The position numbers and the translations under genes were made by a program. 32,443 nt of DNA from Chloroflexota bacterium (GTDB lineage: Bacteria > Chloroflexota > Dehalococcoidia > UBA2979), in contig JAQCIU010000034.1 of NCBI GenBank assembly GCA_027593235.1, forward strand, positions 1-32,443, written 5' to 3'. The notes beneath the pieces are model-generated. The model was not told the origin of the DNA, did no database searches, and saw only the letters and a program-made list of their open reading frames with translations. Of the stretch, positions 1 to 8,850 are shown piece by piece; within the stretch, counting starts at the first letter, position 1; each line of letters begins with the position of its first letter.

Positions 1-137
1 ACCGCGTCTCGTCGCGCTCGTCCGTGCCGGCGCCAGGTTCGAGAAAGGAGTACTCATCGAGCAAGACCAACAGCAGGATCAGGAAGCCGCCGCGTGATCA
101 TCCGGGCGCACCGATCCACAACTCTTAGCGATATCTC
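1..137 (+). mobile_element. Right end of IS256-family insertion sequence; terminal inverted repeat ~113-137
   Basis: Transposase stop at 95-97 is followed by GATCCACAACTCTTAGCGATATCTC (reverse complement GAGATATCGCTAAGAGTTGTGGATC), which resembles IS256-type ends. The neighbouring LLM gene loses family-like sequence close to this point. Confidence 0.75.
2..97 (+). CDS. C-terminal end of an IS256-family transposase (5'-truncated by window edge)
   Basis: Frame 2 reads PRLVALVRAGARFEKGVLIEQDQQQDQEAAA*; I recognise LVALVRAGARFEKGVL as the typical C-terminus of an IS256-family transposase subgroup. Not in the ORF track. Confidence 0.8.
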   Translation, partial: PRLVALVRAGARFEKGVLIEQDQQQDQEAAA

Positions 138-230
138 GGCCGCGGCCGCGTCCGCCGTCTCCGCGTACTCGCGGATCACCGCCGGATCGGCGCCGATCTC
201 CATCTGCGGCAACACCACGCCAACCCGCAT
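138..230 (-). pseudogene. 5' fragment of an LLM-class (probably F420-dependent) oxidoreductase interrupted by the IS
   Basis: ATG at 230 preceded by GAGGGAGG RBS; MRVGVVLPQMEIGADPAVIREYAETA matches the N-terminus of LLM-class oxidoreductases; the frame runs into the IS end after 31 codons. Confidence 0.75.
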
Positions 231-323
231 CACGATCCTCCCTCGAGCGTCCCACCGAGGCCGCCGTATTTCGCCGGCCGCCCCGGCGCGGATGATACGC
301 GGCCCATCGGGAGGCCGCGCCGG

Positions 324-355
324 AGGCCCGAAGGGTCGATGCCCCCGAAGGGGGC
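324..355 (-). repeat. Double-hairpin intergenic repeat, type A
   Basis: Reverse complement GCCCCC-TTC-GGGGGC-ATCGA-CCC-TTC-GGG-CCT; near-identical to copies at 1180, 1933, 15341, 20083. Confidence 0.85.
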
Positions 356-424
356 GGTTCGTGATACATCGGGGGGCACAACAGGAGATTGCAGCGGGGG
401 CCGCTGCCGGAGGGACGACGCGCA

Positions 425-1180
425 ATGAAGTTCGAGGACGTGAAGAAGATTGGTGTCGTCGGCGGCGGCGTGATGGGCGGCGGGATCGCGCAGATCATGG
501 CGGTCAACGGCGGGTACGAGGTGGTGGTCCGCGACATCTCCGACGAGGCGATCCAGACGACGCACGACGCCATCTTCGAGGGCAAGTGGAGCATCAAGCG
601 CGCGGTTGAGCGCGGCAAGCTGGGCTACGACCAGGCCGCCGAGGCGATCGCGCGCATCTCGCTGACGACGGATCTGGCCGATCTGAACGACTGCCAGTTC
701 ATCATCGAGGCGGTGCCGGAGAAGCTGGAGCTGAAGCAGCAGGTCTTCGCGGAGCTGGACAATGCCATCAACTCCGACGCGATCTTTACAACGAACACCT
801 CGGGGTTTGTGATCCAGGAGATCGCCCGCGACGTGTCCGATCAGCGGAAGACGCAGTTCGCGGGCATGCACTACTCGAACCCGGTGCCGGTGATGAAGAT
901 GTGCGAGGTGATCTACACCCCGCAGTCGAGCGAAGACACGATCGATGCGGTGAAGCGTGTCGGTGACGCGGCCGGCCGCGAGACGATGCTGGTCCGCGAC
1001 GAGCCGGGCAGCTACGGCTTCCTGCTGAACCGCATCTTCGCCGCCGCGAAGCGCGAAGCCGATTCAATCGTCGACGCCGGCATCGCGACGCCCGAGGACA
1101 TCGACCGCGCGATGATCACCGGTCGTAACTGGCCGGCCGGCTTCTACGGCCAGCGCGGCGGCATCGGCAAGCAGTGGTAG
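425..1180 (+). CDS. 3-hydroxyacyl-CoA dehydrogenase family protein
   Basis: GGGVMGGG Rossmann motif, IIEAVPEKLELKQQVF, TNTS, GMHYSNP catalytic His, GFLLNR; ATG 425 with GGAGG upstream. Confidence 0.93.
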   Translation: MKFEDVKKIGVVGGGVMGGGIAQIMAVNGGYEVVVRDISDEAIQTTHDAIFEGKWSIKRAVERGKLGYDQAAEAIARISLTTDLADLNDCQFIIEAVPEKLELKQQVFAELDNAINSDAIFTTNTSGFVIQEIARDVSDQRKTQFAGMHYSNPVPVMKMCEVIYTPQSSEDTIDAVKRVGDAAGRETMLVRDEPGSYGFLLNRIFAAAKREADSIVDAGIATPEDIDRAMITGRNWPAGFYGQRGGIGKQW

Positions 1181-1212
1181 CCCCCTTCGGGGCTTGACGA
1201 CCCTTCGGGCCT
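1180..1212 (+). repeat. Double-hairpin repeat, type A, starting at the stop codon
   Basis: TAG|CCCCC-TTC-GGGG-CTTGACGA-CCC-TTC-GGG-CCT. Confidence 0.85.
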
Positions 1213-1240
1213 CGGGGGCGCCGTTGGGTACTGGAGTACG

Positions 1241-1282
1241 GAAGCGGGCCGCTCTCACGACATCGTGAGGGCGGCCCGCTTC
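1241..1282. terminator. Long inverted repeat between convergent genes (probable bidirectional terminator)
   Basis: GAAGCGGGCCGCTCTCACGA-CA-TCGTGAGGGCGGCCCGCTTC: 20-bp arms with one G:T pair. Confidence 0.7.
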
Positions 1283-1293
1283 GTGTGCTGTGG

Positions 1294-1830
1294 TTACGCG
1301 GGGAGCAGGTAGCGGCGGGCGCCCTCGGATATCTCGTCGGTGGCGGCGAGACCGAGCCGTTCGGCGATGGTGATCGAGGGTGTGTTGTCGGGTTCGATGA
1401 ACGCCTCGATGGCCGCGGGGCCGCGGGTGCGACGCCAGGCAATCGCGGCAGCGGAGGCCTCGGACATGACGCCCTGGCCCCAAGAGGTGGGGAGCAGGTG
1501 ATAGGCGATCTCCGAGGGGGTGCCGAGCGAGTTGAAGCCGACGGTACCGGCGAAGGCTCGGCCATCCTCGATCAGCACCGCCCAGCGGAAGCCCCAGCCG
1601 TCGGCCGCGGCTCTGATCCAGAAGTCGATGATGCGGTCCGACTCGGCGCGGGACTCCGCGGGCATCGGGATTATGTTGCGGTCGTAGTCGGTGACGGTTC
1701 CCGAGTACTGGCACACCGCGGGGTCGGACCAGAGCGCGTAGATCCCGGCGGAATGTGCGACCGCCAGCGGCTCCAGCCGAAGCCGCTCCGTGGTGACGAC
1801 GGGGATATCGAGGGGTGCGTCCGCTTCCAC
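1294..1830 (-). CDS. RimJ/RimL-type GNAT N-acetyltransferase
   Basis: TERLRLEP, EIAYHLLPTSWGQGVMSEA (acetyl-CoA motif A), NTPSITIAERLG; GTG 1830 lies 6 nt after a TACGGT -10-like box. The upstream ORF extension overlaps the BVMO and is rejected. Confidence 0.88.
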   Translation of the reverse strand: MEADAPLDIPVVTTERLRLEPLAVAHSAGIYALWSDPAVCQYSGTVTDYDRNIIPMPAESRAESDRIIDFWIRAAADGWGFRWAVLIEDGRAFAGTVGFNSLGTPSEIAYHLLPTSWGQGVMSEASAAAIAWRRTRGPAAIEAFIEPDNTPSITIAERLGLAATDEISEGARRYLLPA

Positions 1831-1875
1831 GCCTCCACCGTAGGGCGATGCCCGTCCCACGGGTAGCGGGAACAA

Positions 1876-1902
1876 AACGGGCCGCCCCAGCGGGCGGCCC
1901 GT
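1876..1902. terminator. GC hairpin downstream of BVMO
   Basis: On the - strand ACGGGCCGCCC-GCTG-GGGCGGCCCGT followed by TTTGTT. Confidence 0.7.
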
Positions 1903-1932
1903 GTTCGATCTGCCCTCGACGCTTCGAGGCGC

Positions 1933-1965
1933 AGGCCCGAAGGGTCGATCACCCCCGAAGGGGGC
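1933..1965 (-). repeat. Double-hairpin repeat, type A, starting at BVMO stop codon
   Basis: Reverse complement TAG|CCCCC-TTC-GGGGG-TGATCGA-CCC-TTC-GGG-CCT. Confidence 0.85.
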
Positions 1966-3605
1966 TAGGTTGTGGCGGCCTCGGCCTTGGCGGTCGAGAG
2001 CTCGAAGCCCTCGTAGCCGGCGGCGGTGACCTCGTCGCACTTCTTGCGGTAGTTGCCGACGCCGCCGACGTACGGCATGAAGACGCGCGGCTTGCCGGGG
2101 ATGTTTGCTCCTAGGTACCAGGAGTCGGCCAGCGGGAAGAACGTCTTGTTGGCGTTCTCGTTCACCTGGGCGACCCATGCCTCCTGGGCGTCGCCGTCCG
2201 CTTCGACCGCGTCGATGCCGTGCTCGCGGGTGTACTCCAGCAGGTCGGAGATCCACTCGACGTGCTGCTCGATCGAGACGGGCATGTTGCTGAGCACGGA
2301 GGGGCTGCCCGGGCCGGTAATCATGAAGAGGTTCGGGAAGTCGTGGACGGAGAGGCCGAGGTAGGTTTTCGGGCCTTCGGCCCAGGCGTCCTTCAGCGGG
2401 ACACCGTTGCGGCCCTGGATGTCCATCTTCATGAAGCTGCCGGTCATCGCATCGAAGCCGGTCGCGAAGACGATGATGTCGAGGTCGTACTCGGCGTCTT
2501 CGGTGCGGATGCCGGTTGGCGTGATCTCCTGGATCGGGGAGTGACGGATGTCGACCAGTTCCACGTTGTCGCGGTTGTAGGTCTCGAAGTAGTTCGTGTC
2601 GATCAGGGTGCGCTTCGAGCCGTAGGGGTGGTCGCGGGGGAGCAGCTTCTCGGCCGTCTCCTGGTCCTCGACCGTCTCGCGGATCTTGGAGCGGACGAAC
2701 TCAGCGGCGGTGTCGTTCGCGCGCTTGTCGAGGGCGATGTCGCTGAACGAGGTGCTGCCGAAACGGAAGCCGCCTTCGGCCCAGGCTTCTTCGTAGACCT
2801 TGCGGCGCTCCTCGGGCGTGGCGTCCAGCGCCTTGCGGTCGATCGCTTCGTACGGGAAGCCGGCGATCGAGTGCTTGGCGATCTCCCAGACCTCGTCGTA
2901 GCGGGTCTTCACGTCGTCCAGGTAGTGGGAGTCCACCGTGTGGTGGCGGGCGGGAATCATGAACTGCGGGGTGCGCTGGAAGACGGTGAGGTGCTCAGCC
3001 TGCTGGGCGATCACGGGGATCGACTGGACGCCGCTGGAGCCGGTGCCGATCACGCCGACGCGCTTGCCGGTGAAGTCGACGCCCTCATGGGGCCAGGAAC
3101 CGGTGTGGTACCAGTCGCCCTTGAAGTCGTCGCGGCCGGCGATGTCCGGGATCTGGCCGGTGGAGAGACAACCGATGCCGGTGATCAGGAACTTGGCGGA
3201 GATGTGCTCGCCCTGATCGGTACCGACGTCCCAGCGCTTGGTGGCCTCGTCGTAGTGGGCCGAGGTGACGCGGGTGCTGAAGTCAATGCCGCTCTTGAGG
3301 TCGAAGCGGTCGGCGACGTGCTGGAGGTACTTCAGGATCTCCGGCTGCTCCGGGTACTTGCCGCTCCAGGTCCACTCCTGGAGCAGATCCTCGTCGAAGG
3401 AGAAGCAGTAGACATAGGCCTCGGAGTCGCAGCGCGCGCCGGGGTACCGGTTCCAGTACCAGGTGCCGCCGACGTCATCGCCGGCCTCAAAGACGCGGTA
3501 GGACATGCCGAGGTCATCGCGCAGCTTCTTCGACATGTAGAGGCCGGCGAATCCGGCACCGACGACGACGGCGTCGACTTCGGTGGTTTTTGTTGCTGCA
3601 ACCAT
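1965..3605 (-). CDS. Type I Baeyer-Villiger monooxygenase (CHMO/PAMO/steroid monooxygenase-like)
   Basis: GAGFAG, GGTWYWNRYPGARCD, BVMO fingerprint FKGDWYHTGSWP, GTGSSG, ATGFDA, SWYLGANIPGKPR; ATG 3605 with GAGGAG RBS. Confidence 0.96.
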   Translation of the reverse strand: MVAATKTTEVDAVVVGAGFAGLYMSKKLRDDLGMSYRVFEAGDDVGGTWYWNRYPGARCDSEAYVYCFSFDEDLLQEWTWSGKYPEQPEILKYLQHVADRFDLKSGIDFSTRVTSAHYDEATKRWDVGTDQGEHISAKFLITGIGCLSTGQIPDIAGRDDFKGDWYHTGSWPHEGVDFTGKRVGVIGTGSSGVQSIPVIAQQAEHLTVFQRTPQFMIPARHHTVDSHYLDDVKTRYDEVWEIAKHSIAGFPYEAIDRKALDATPEERRKVYEEAWAEGGFRFGSTSFSDIALDKRANDTAAEFVRSKIRETVEDQETAEKLLPRDHPYGSKRTLIDTNYFETYNRDNVELVDIRHSPIQEITPTGIRTEDAEYDLDIIVFATGFDAMTGSFMKMDIQGRNGVPLKDAWAEGPKTYLGLSVHDFPNLFMITGPGSPSVLSNMPVSIEQHVEWISDLLEYTREHGIDAVEADGDAQEAWVAQVNENANKTFFPLADSWYLGANIPGKPRVFMPYVGGVGNYRKKCDEVTAAGYEGFELSTAKAEAATT

Positions 3606-3684
3606 GAGTGGCTCCTCGGTGCGGTGGTTTGCTGTCGGGCTTGGCGACAACAGTGATTCCTGGGTTCGTGCGGTCTGGTTTCGG

Positions 3685-4641
3685 CTAGGCGAAGACAGGC
3701 TTGCCCATGGCGTGGCGGACGACGCAGGCGCGGGTCGCTTTCACCACCTGCTGCATGCCGGCCTCGCTGCCGGGCAACATCAGGAGCTGGAAGAAGGCGT
3801 GCATCTGACCTTCGATACGGCGGAAGACGACGGGGACGCCGGCATCCTGCAAGCGTTGCGCGTACTCCTCGCCCTCGTCGCGGAGCGGATCGTGCTCGGC
3901 GGTAAGGACGAGCGCGGGCGGCAGGCCGGACAGGTCCGAGGCGCGGAGTGGTGACGCGTCGGGTTCGGTGCGGCGCGCGACGTCGGGGCAATAGTTGTCC
4001 CAGAACCAGAGCATGCCATCGCGGCTGAGCAGGAGCTGGTTCTCCGGGTCGGTGTATGACGGGCGATTGAAGTCGGCATCGGTGACGGGGTAGACGAGGA
4101 CCTGGAGGGCGATGTCGGGGCCACCTCGATCGCGGGCGCGGAGCGCCATGACAGCCGAGAGGTTTCCGCCGGCACTATCGCCGCCGACGATCAGCGGGAT
4201 GTCCGTGCGTCCGGCGATCTCGCCGAGGTGCGCGGCGACCCATTCGAGAGCGGCGTACGAGTCGTCGACCGCCACGGGGTAGCGGTGTTCCGGCGCCAGC
4301 CGGTACTCGACCATGACGACGGCGCAGGAGGTGCGTTCCGCCAGTTTGCGGCCGAGTGTGTCGTACTCATCGATGTTGCCGATGACCCAACCGCCGCCGT
4401 GGTAGTAGACGAAGACGCCCGCGGGCGACGCGATCGGCACGAGCACGCGGAGCTGGATGCTGCCGCCCTCGACGGGGATCGAGTGCTCCTCGATGCGGGC
4501 CATCTCCGGGCCGGGGCCGTTGAGGGCGGCCATGCCGGGGCCGAGCGCGCGGGCTTCCTCGGGCGTGCCTTCGTGCAGCGGCTTGCCGTCGCCCTCGGCG
4601 ATCATCTTGAGGAACATCCCAGTCGCGAGATCAACCGCCAT
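3685..4641 (-). CDS. Hormone-sensitive-lipase family alpha/beta hydrolase (esterase/lactonase)
   Basis: HGGGW oxyanion motif, YRLAPEH, GDSAGG nucleophile, DPLRDEG, HAF; directly upstream of the BVMO. Confidence 0.95.
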   Translation of the reverse strand: MAVDLATGMFLKMIAEGDGKPLHEGTPEEARALGPGMAALNGPGPEMARIEEHSIPVEGGSIQLRVLVPIASPAGVFVYYHGGGWVIGNIDEYDTLGRKLAERTSCAVVMVEYRLAPEHRYPVAVDDSYAALEWVAAHLGEIAGRTDIPLIVGGDSAGGNLSAVMALRARDRGGPDIALQVLVYPVTDADFNRPSYTDPENQLLLSRDGMLWFWDNYCPDVARRTEPDASPLRASDLSGLPPALVLTAEHDPLRDEGEEYAQRLQDAGVPVVFRRIEGQMHAFFQLLMLPGSEAGMQQVVKATRACVVRHAMGKPVFA

Positions 4642-4802
4642 ACGCACCCCGGTTCGCGAACATGTGTGTGTTAGACGGACTCTACGCGTCTGGAAGGGGG
4701 ACCTTCAACACGAGCCTAACGCCGTTTGAAAAATCGGACCAAGCGTGGCGCCGGCGATCGAGGCGTGCAGAGGGATGTTTGCCGCTTCGCTAGGATGCGG
4801 CG

Positions 4803-5735
4803 ATGACGATTCCGTTCCTGATGGATACCGATATCGCCGCCGACGTGGACGACGCGCTGGCGCTGGCGTTCGCGCTGCGTCAGCCGGACCTCGAGCTGCG
4901 CGGCGTGACCACCGCGGCCGGCGACACGCGGCGTCGGGCGCGCGTGGCGCGCAAGCTGCTGCACCTCGCCGGGCGCGACGACATCGAGGTAGCGGCCGGC
5001 GAGTGGGGTGTGCAGACCAACGCGCGGCAGGTAAACGAAAACGGGCTGGAGGACTCCTACCTCGGTGATGTGAGCGGGTACCCGTCGCTTGAGCCGTCGG
5101 AGCGGGACGGCGTCTCGCTTCTCCTCGAGGAGTGCGCGGCACACGGCTACCCGATCGCGGTGATCGGCCCGCCCTGCAACATCGCGGCGGCAGTGCTGCG
5201 GGAGCCGGCGTTCGCGAAGCAGACCGCGGGCATCACGGTGATGGGCGGCATCTTCGCGCCGATCGAATACCTCGGTCGGACGCTGCCGCCGACGATCGAC
5301 CACAACCTGAACGTCGATCAGGCCGCCTCGATCGTCGCGCTGAACGCGGGGATCGCGACGACCTACGTACCGGGCGATGTGACGATGGGGACGTGGGTGA
5401 CCACGCGCCACCTCGAGGCTCTGCGCTCCGGCGACTCGCTGTGCCAGGAGCTGGCGCGGCAGATCGAGGTGTGGACGCCTCGGATGCATCGCCTCGCCGA
5501 GGGGCGGTGCCCGCCGGAGTACGTGGCGATGCTGCATGACCCGCTGACGCTGGCCTGCATGACGGAGGAAGGGCGCGCCTTCGTGACCAGCCACCGCGCG
5601 CCGGTCACCGTCGCGGTGCACGAGGATCACGTGCGTACGTTTATCGACCCGGCCGCCGGCGCCGAAGCGGAGATCATCGATCACGTCGAGGTCGAGGCGT
5701 TCGCCGACTACTGCATCGAGACGATCCTCGGCTGA
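4803..5735 (+). CDS. Inosine-uridine-preferring nucleoside hydrolase family protein
   Basis: N-terminal DTDIAADVDDA Asp cluster, MGG, HN-x-x-x-D, C-terminal HDP; TAGGAT 6 nt before ATG. Confidence 0.9.
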   Translation: MTIPFLMDTDIAADVDDALALAFALRQPDLELRGVTTAAGDTRRRARVARKLLHLAGRDDIEVAAGEWGVQTNARQVNENGLEDSYLGDVSGYPSLEPSERDGVSLLLEECAAHGYPIAVIGPPCNIAAAVLREPAFAKQTAGITVMGGIFAPIEYLGRTLPPTIDHNLNVDQAASIVALNAGIATTYVPGDVTMGTWVTTRHLEALRSGDSLCQELARQIEVWTPRMHRLAEGRCPPEYVAMLHDPLTLACMTEEGRAFVTSHRAPVTVAVHEDHVRTFIDPAAGAEAEIIDHVEVEAFADYCIETILG

Positions 5736-5799
5736 CGCGCCGGCCAGCCGAGGATCAGGTCGGCAGGCGTGAGCCTGCCGAGGGAAGTCGTCGCGTCGG

Positions 5800-6120
5800 C
5801 TAGCTGCCGGGGGCGCGGTACGAAGGGGTCTTGGCCGCTGCGTCGTCGATCTCTTCCACCGTCATCAACGGCGTCAAGTGGAGGTGTACGGCACCCGTTG
5901 AATTGATCATCAGTGACACCGCTGCTGCGCTTGCGCTGTCCGGGAAATCGCAGATTCCGACGACGTCGTTCTCGCCGAACGCGTAGTAGAAGCAGTCAAC
6001 CGAGCCGCCGACGGACTCGATCGCCGCAGTCGCGGCATCCCGTCGCTTCGAGCCGCCCTCTTGCATCAGACCTTTGACGCCATCGGCGCTGTAGCTTGCG
6101 GTCACCAGGTATTTGGAAAT
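5800..6120 (-). CDS. GYD-domain protein (probable ATT start at 6120)
   Basis: (I/M)SKYLVTASYSADGVKGL...GGSKRR...FYYAFGENDVV...TPLMT...YRAPG matches GYD family architecture; AAGAGG RBS 7 nt before ATT. Confidence 0.85.
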   Translation of the reverse strand: MSKYLVTASYSADGVKGLMQEGGSKRRDAATAAIESVGGSVDCFYYAFGENDVVGICDFPDSASAAAVSLMINSTGAVHLHLTPLMTVEEIDDAAAKTPSYRAPGS

Positions 6121-6256
6121 TTCGAGACCTCTTATCTGACGCGCCCAATTCGAGCGCCTTAGGACCGTAACAGCGGGTTCATGCCCCGAGACGGCCGTGT
6201 GTCGCTCAGGGCTGCTGGGCCTCTTCCGGCGGCCTCACGCCACGATGGTCGCCGTG

Positions 6257-7381
6257 TCAGACATCCTTGTTCGGGTTGACGAGGTACTTCGCGCCAGTCG
6301 CGCGCTGGTTGTAGACCGCGATGTTTTCGAGGTCGAGCATCTCCGCGAGGGAGATCGTTTTCGCGTAGCTGCTGGCGAAGGTGGTCTTGATCTCGTCGGC
6401 GACGCGCTGGCGGAGACGGTTGGCGGCCTCCGGGCCGATGCGCGGGAGGAACGGGGTGAGCAGCCAGCCGCCGATGCCCCAGGCCATGCCGTAGGCACGA
6501 CGCAGCTCGGTCGGCGAGGTGTCCAGCCCACCGTAGATGTAGAGCTGCTTGTGGACGGTGGAGCCGTAGCGGCTGAAGCCGCCCATTTGCGAAGCCGCGG
6601 CGGCCTCCATCGCGGTGAGGATGTCGCTGCCCTGGCGGCCACCGCCGACGGCGTCGAAGGCGAGCGTGGCGCCGGTTTCGACGAGGGCGGCCGTGAGGTC
6701 GGCCATGAAAGTCGGCTCGGTCGTGTTCACGACGTGCGTGGCGCCGATGTCCTTCAGCAGGTCGACCTGCTCTTGCTTACGTACGACGTTGACCAGCGGG
6801 ACGCCGTCGGCGAGACAGATTTTCTGGAGCATCTGACCAAGGTTGGAGGCGGCGGCGGTGTGGACCAGTGCGGTGTGACCCTCGAGGCGCATCGTCTCGA
6901 CGAAGCCGAGCGCGGTCAGCGGGTTCACGAAACAGGACGCAGCTTCTTCGGCGGTGGTGCCCTCATGCAGGGTCAGGCACTGGTCGGCCTTCACCGTGCG
7001 GAACTGCGAGTACATCTCGCGGCCGAGTACCGAGACCGTCTTGCCGAGGAGTGCCTGGGCCTCGGGGCTGGAGCCGGCCTCGGTGACCACGCCGGCGCCC
7101 TCGTTGCCGACGCCCATCGCCTCGTCGAAGCGGGGGGCGGCGGACGGGAGCAGCCCGGCCGGGACCGGGGCGGTGAGGACGGCGTCGGTGCCGCTGCCGG
7201 CGACGGCGGCCTTCGACATGTCCGCCGGGCCGAGCAGCAGGCCGAGGTCCGAGGGGTTGATCGGCGTCGCCTCGACGCGGATGACCACCTCGTCAGGAGC
7301 GGGCGTGGGGGTTTCGAGGTCGACGAGCTTCAGCTCGAGCTGGCCGGCGCTGGAGATGGTGGAGCGGAGCTGAAGTGGCAT
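6257..7381 (-). CDS. Zinc-independent MDR-family oxidoreductase (NADH oxidase/quinone reductase-like)
   Basis: EATPINPSDLG, GNEGAG, FVNPLTA, HTAAASNLGQM, DAVGGG, IYGGLD motifs. Confidence 0.92.
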   Translation of the reverse strand: MPLQLRSTISSAGQLELKLVDLETPTPAPDEVVIRVEATPINPSDLGLLLGPADMSKAAVAGSGTDAVLTAPVPAGLLPSAAPRFDEAMGVGNEGAGVVTEAGSSPEAQALLGKTVSVLGREMYSQFRTVKADQCLTLHEGTTAEEAASCFVNPLTALGFVETMRLEGHTALVHTAAASNLGQMLQKICLADGVPLVNVVRKQEQVDLLKDIGATHVVNTTEPTFMADLTAALVETGATLAFDAVGGGRQGSDILTAMEAAAASQMGGFSRYGSTVHKQLYIYGGLDTSPTELRRAYGMAWGIGGWLLTPFLPRIGPEAANRLRQRVADEIKTTFASSYAKTISLAEMLDLENIAVYNQRATGAKYLVNPNKDV

Positions 7382-7520
7382 GGGGGTTCGCCTTGCTGTT
7401 CACGGGAAGCGTGGTTGTCGTGGTGCGCGACGATGTCGCCGCGGTCCTATCTCGATGCACGGCGTGGTCGCCGCGCAGGGTGAGGGTATCGCTATCTGTA
7501 GTCGGTCGCGTCGCGCGTGG

Positions 7521-8789
7521 TCAGACGTCGTCCGAATCGGCGAGGACGTGGTGGATGCGGGCGTTCGGGTTGTCGAGGAAGGCGAGGTCGGCCTCGGGTG
7601 TGGCGCGCGGCTCAAGCAGCTCTCCGGCCGTGTGGCCGGCGTCGAAGAAGCCCGCGCGCGCGAGGGCCGGGCCGTATGGGTGGTGTTTCGGTAGCCGCGT
7701 GGTGATGACGCTGGCGCCGCTCCGGCGGGCGAGCGCGACGGCGTCGCGGATCAGCGCTTCGGCGACCGCGAGCTGTCCGGGCAGCGCGAGGATATCGACG
7801 AGGTGCGCCTTCCCATCGAGCACCCTGGTCACGGCGTAGCCGAGGTAGGCACGGTCGCTGCCGCTCGGTTGGCCGCTCCGTTGCGCGATACGGACGGTGA
7901 ACGGTCCGGCGCGTTCGTCGCAATGGCGCCAGTTGAGGTAGTCGATCGAGCGGTCGCCGGTGAACTCGAACTGGCTGAGTGCCTCGGTGATGAACGGTTC
8001 GTGTTGGTCCTCGAAGCGGGCGAGGGTCGCGATCGTCCAGTCGCCCGGCGGTGGCGCGGGGCGCCGTGCCAGCAGCGAACCGCCGACTAACCGGACGCGA
8101 TGCGCGACCTCGAACAGACGATCGCGCTGCGAGCGTTCGCGCCCGCGGATCACGGGCGAGGTGTTGCTGAGCGGTGCGGACGTCGCCGGCGCTCGGGTCG
8201 AACGGAAACGGTTCACGAGGTCGCGCGCTCGTTGGAGCGGCCGGAGCCGCAGATGTCGCACGTAGTCGTGGGTCTCGTTGGCAGGCGCCTTGTTGCCTCG
8301 TTCGATCGCGAGGGTGCGGTCTGCCGGGTGCGTGGCGTAGCCGAGCGAGAAGTCCTCGGACGGGTGCCAGTCGCGGCCGCGAAACTGCTGGAGCTTGCGC
8401 TGGAGCCCGCGCCCCTGCCATTCGGGCAGGCGGCAGAGGTCGTAGCCGGCGCGATTCACGTACGGACGGCCTCGCAGATGCCAGATCCGGCGGACGCCGC
8501 CGATGAAGCCGATTACGCGGCCGTCCTGATCGACGGAGATGCTAATCGTGACCCCGGTCGGTCGGTCGCGGAACTTCCAGTCGAAGTGATCGGCATGAGG
8601 TACGGGCAGCGCGAACCAGTGGGCCTGGTCGTTGAAGGCGATGCGGATGACCTCGATGATCTCGGTGCTCAGCTCTGGTGTGAGGTCGCGCGCGTCGAAC
8701 CAGCGGCGCGTGATCCCGAGGTCGGACAGCTCGAAGCTGCCGGCGAACGGGGCGAGCGGACTCACGGCGTCGGTCGCGTCCTGCGGCAT
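7521..8789 (-). CDS. Double-GNAT-fold protein, paralog 1
   Basis: PEWQGRG acetyl-CoA-like motif, YLNWRH, second GNAT-like domain (GYAV...LVDIL...LIRDAV...GFF); C-terminus HHVLADSDDV. Confidence 0.8.
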   Translation of the reverse strand: MPQDATDAVSPLAPFAGSFELSDLGITRRWFDARDLTPELSTEIIEVIRIAFNDQAHWFALPVPHADHFDWKFRDRPTGVTISISVDQDGRVIGFIGGVRRIWHLRGRPYVNRAGYDLCRLPEWQGRGLQRKLQQFRGRDWHPSEDFSLGYATHPADRTLAIERGNKAPANETHDYVRHLRLRPLQRARDLVNRFRSTRAPATSAPLSNTSPVIRGRERSQRDRLFEVAHRVRLVGGSLLARRPAPPPGDWTIATLARFEDQHEPFITEALSQFEFTGDRSIDYLNWRHCDERAGPFTVRIAQRSGQPSGSDRAYLGYAVTRVLDGKAHLVDILALPGQLAVAEALIRDAVALARRSGASVITTRLPKHHPYGPALARAGFFDAGHTAGELLEPRATPEADLAFLDNPNARIHHVLADSDDV

Positions 8790-8824
8790 GCTGCGACTCT
8801 CGGGTCTCGTGGCGCGGATGGCAA
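8790..8824 (-). promoter_or_regulatory. Putative leaderless promoter of GNAT paralog 1
   Basis: TTGCCA-17 nt-GAGAGT-6 nt-ATG; same geometry upstream of paralog 2. Confidence 0.5.
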
Positions 8825-8850
8825 GCTTCGTTGGACCGTGGGGTGGGAGC

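Noticed and set aside
1180-1212. Repeat hairpins as cUUCGg RNA tetraloop terminators
   Set aside because: Stem covariation across copies fits a 3-nt TTC/GAA loop, there are no U-tracts, and separate terminator hairpins occur downstream.
2220-3656. Long antisense or alternate-frame ORFs (e.g. 2220-3656 +, 6197-7483 +, 13205-14518 +, 22482-23894 -, 28200-29819 -)
   Set aside because: Shadow ORFs expected at high GC; they overlap motif-supported genes and lack recognisable motifs.
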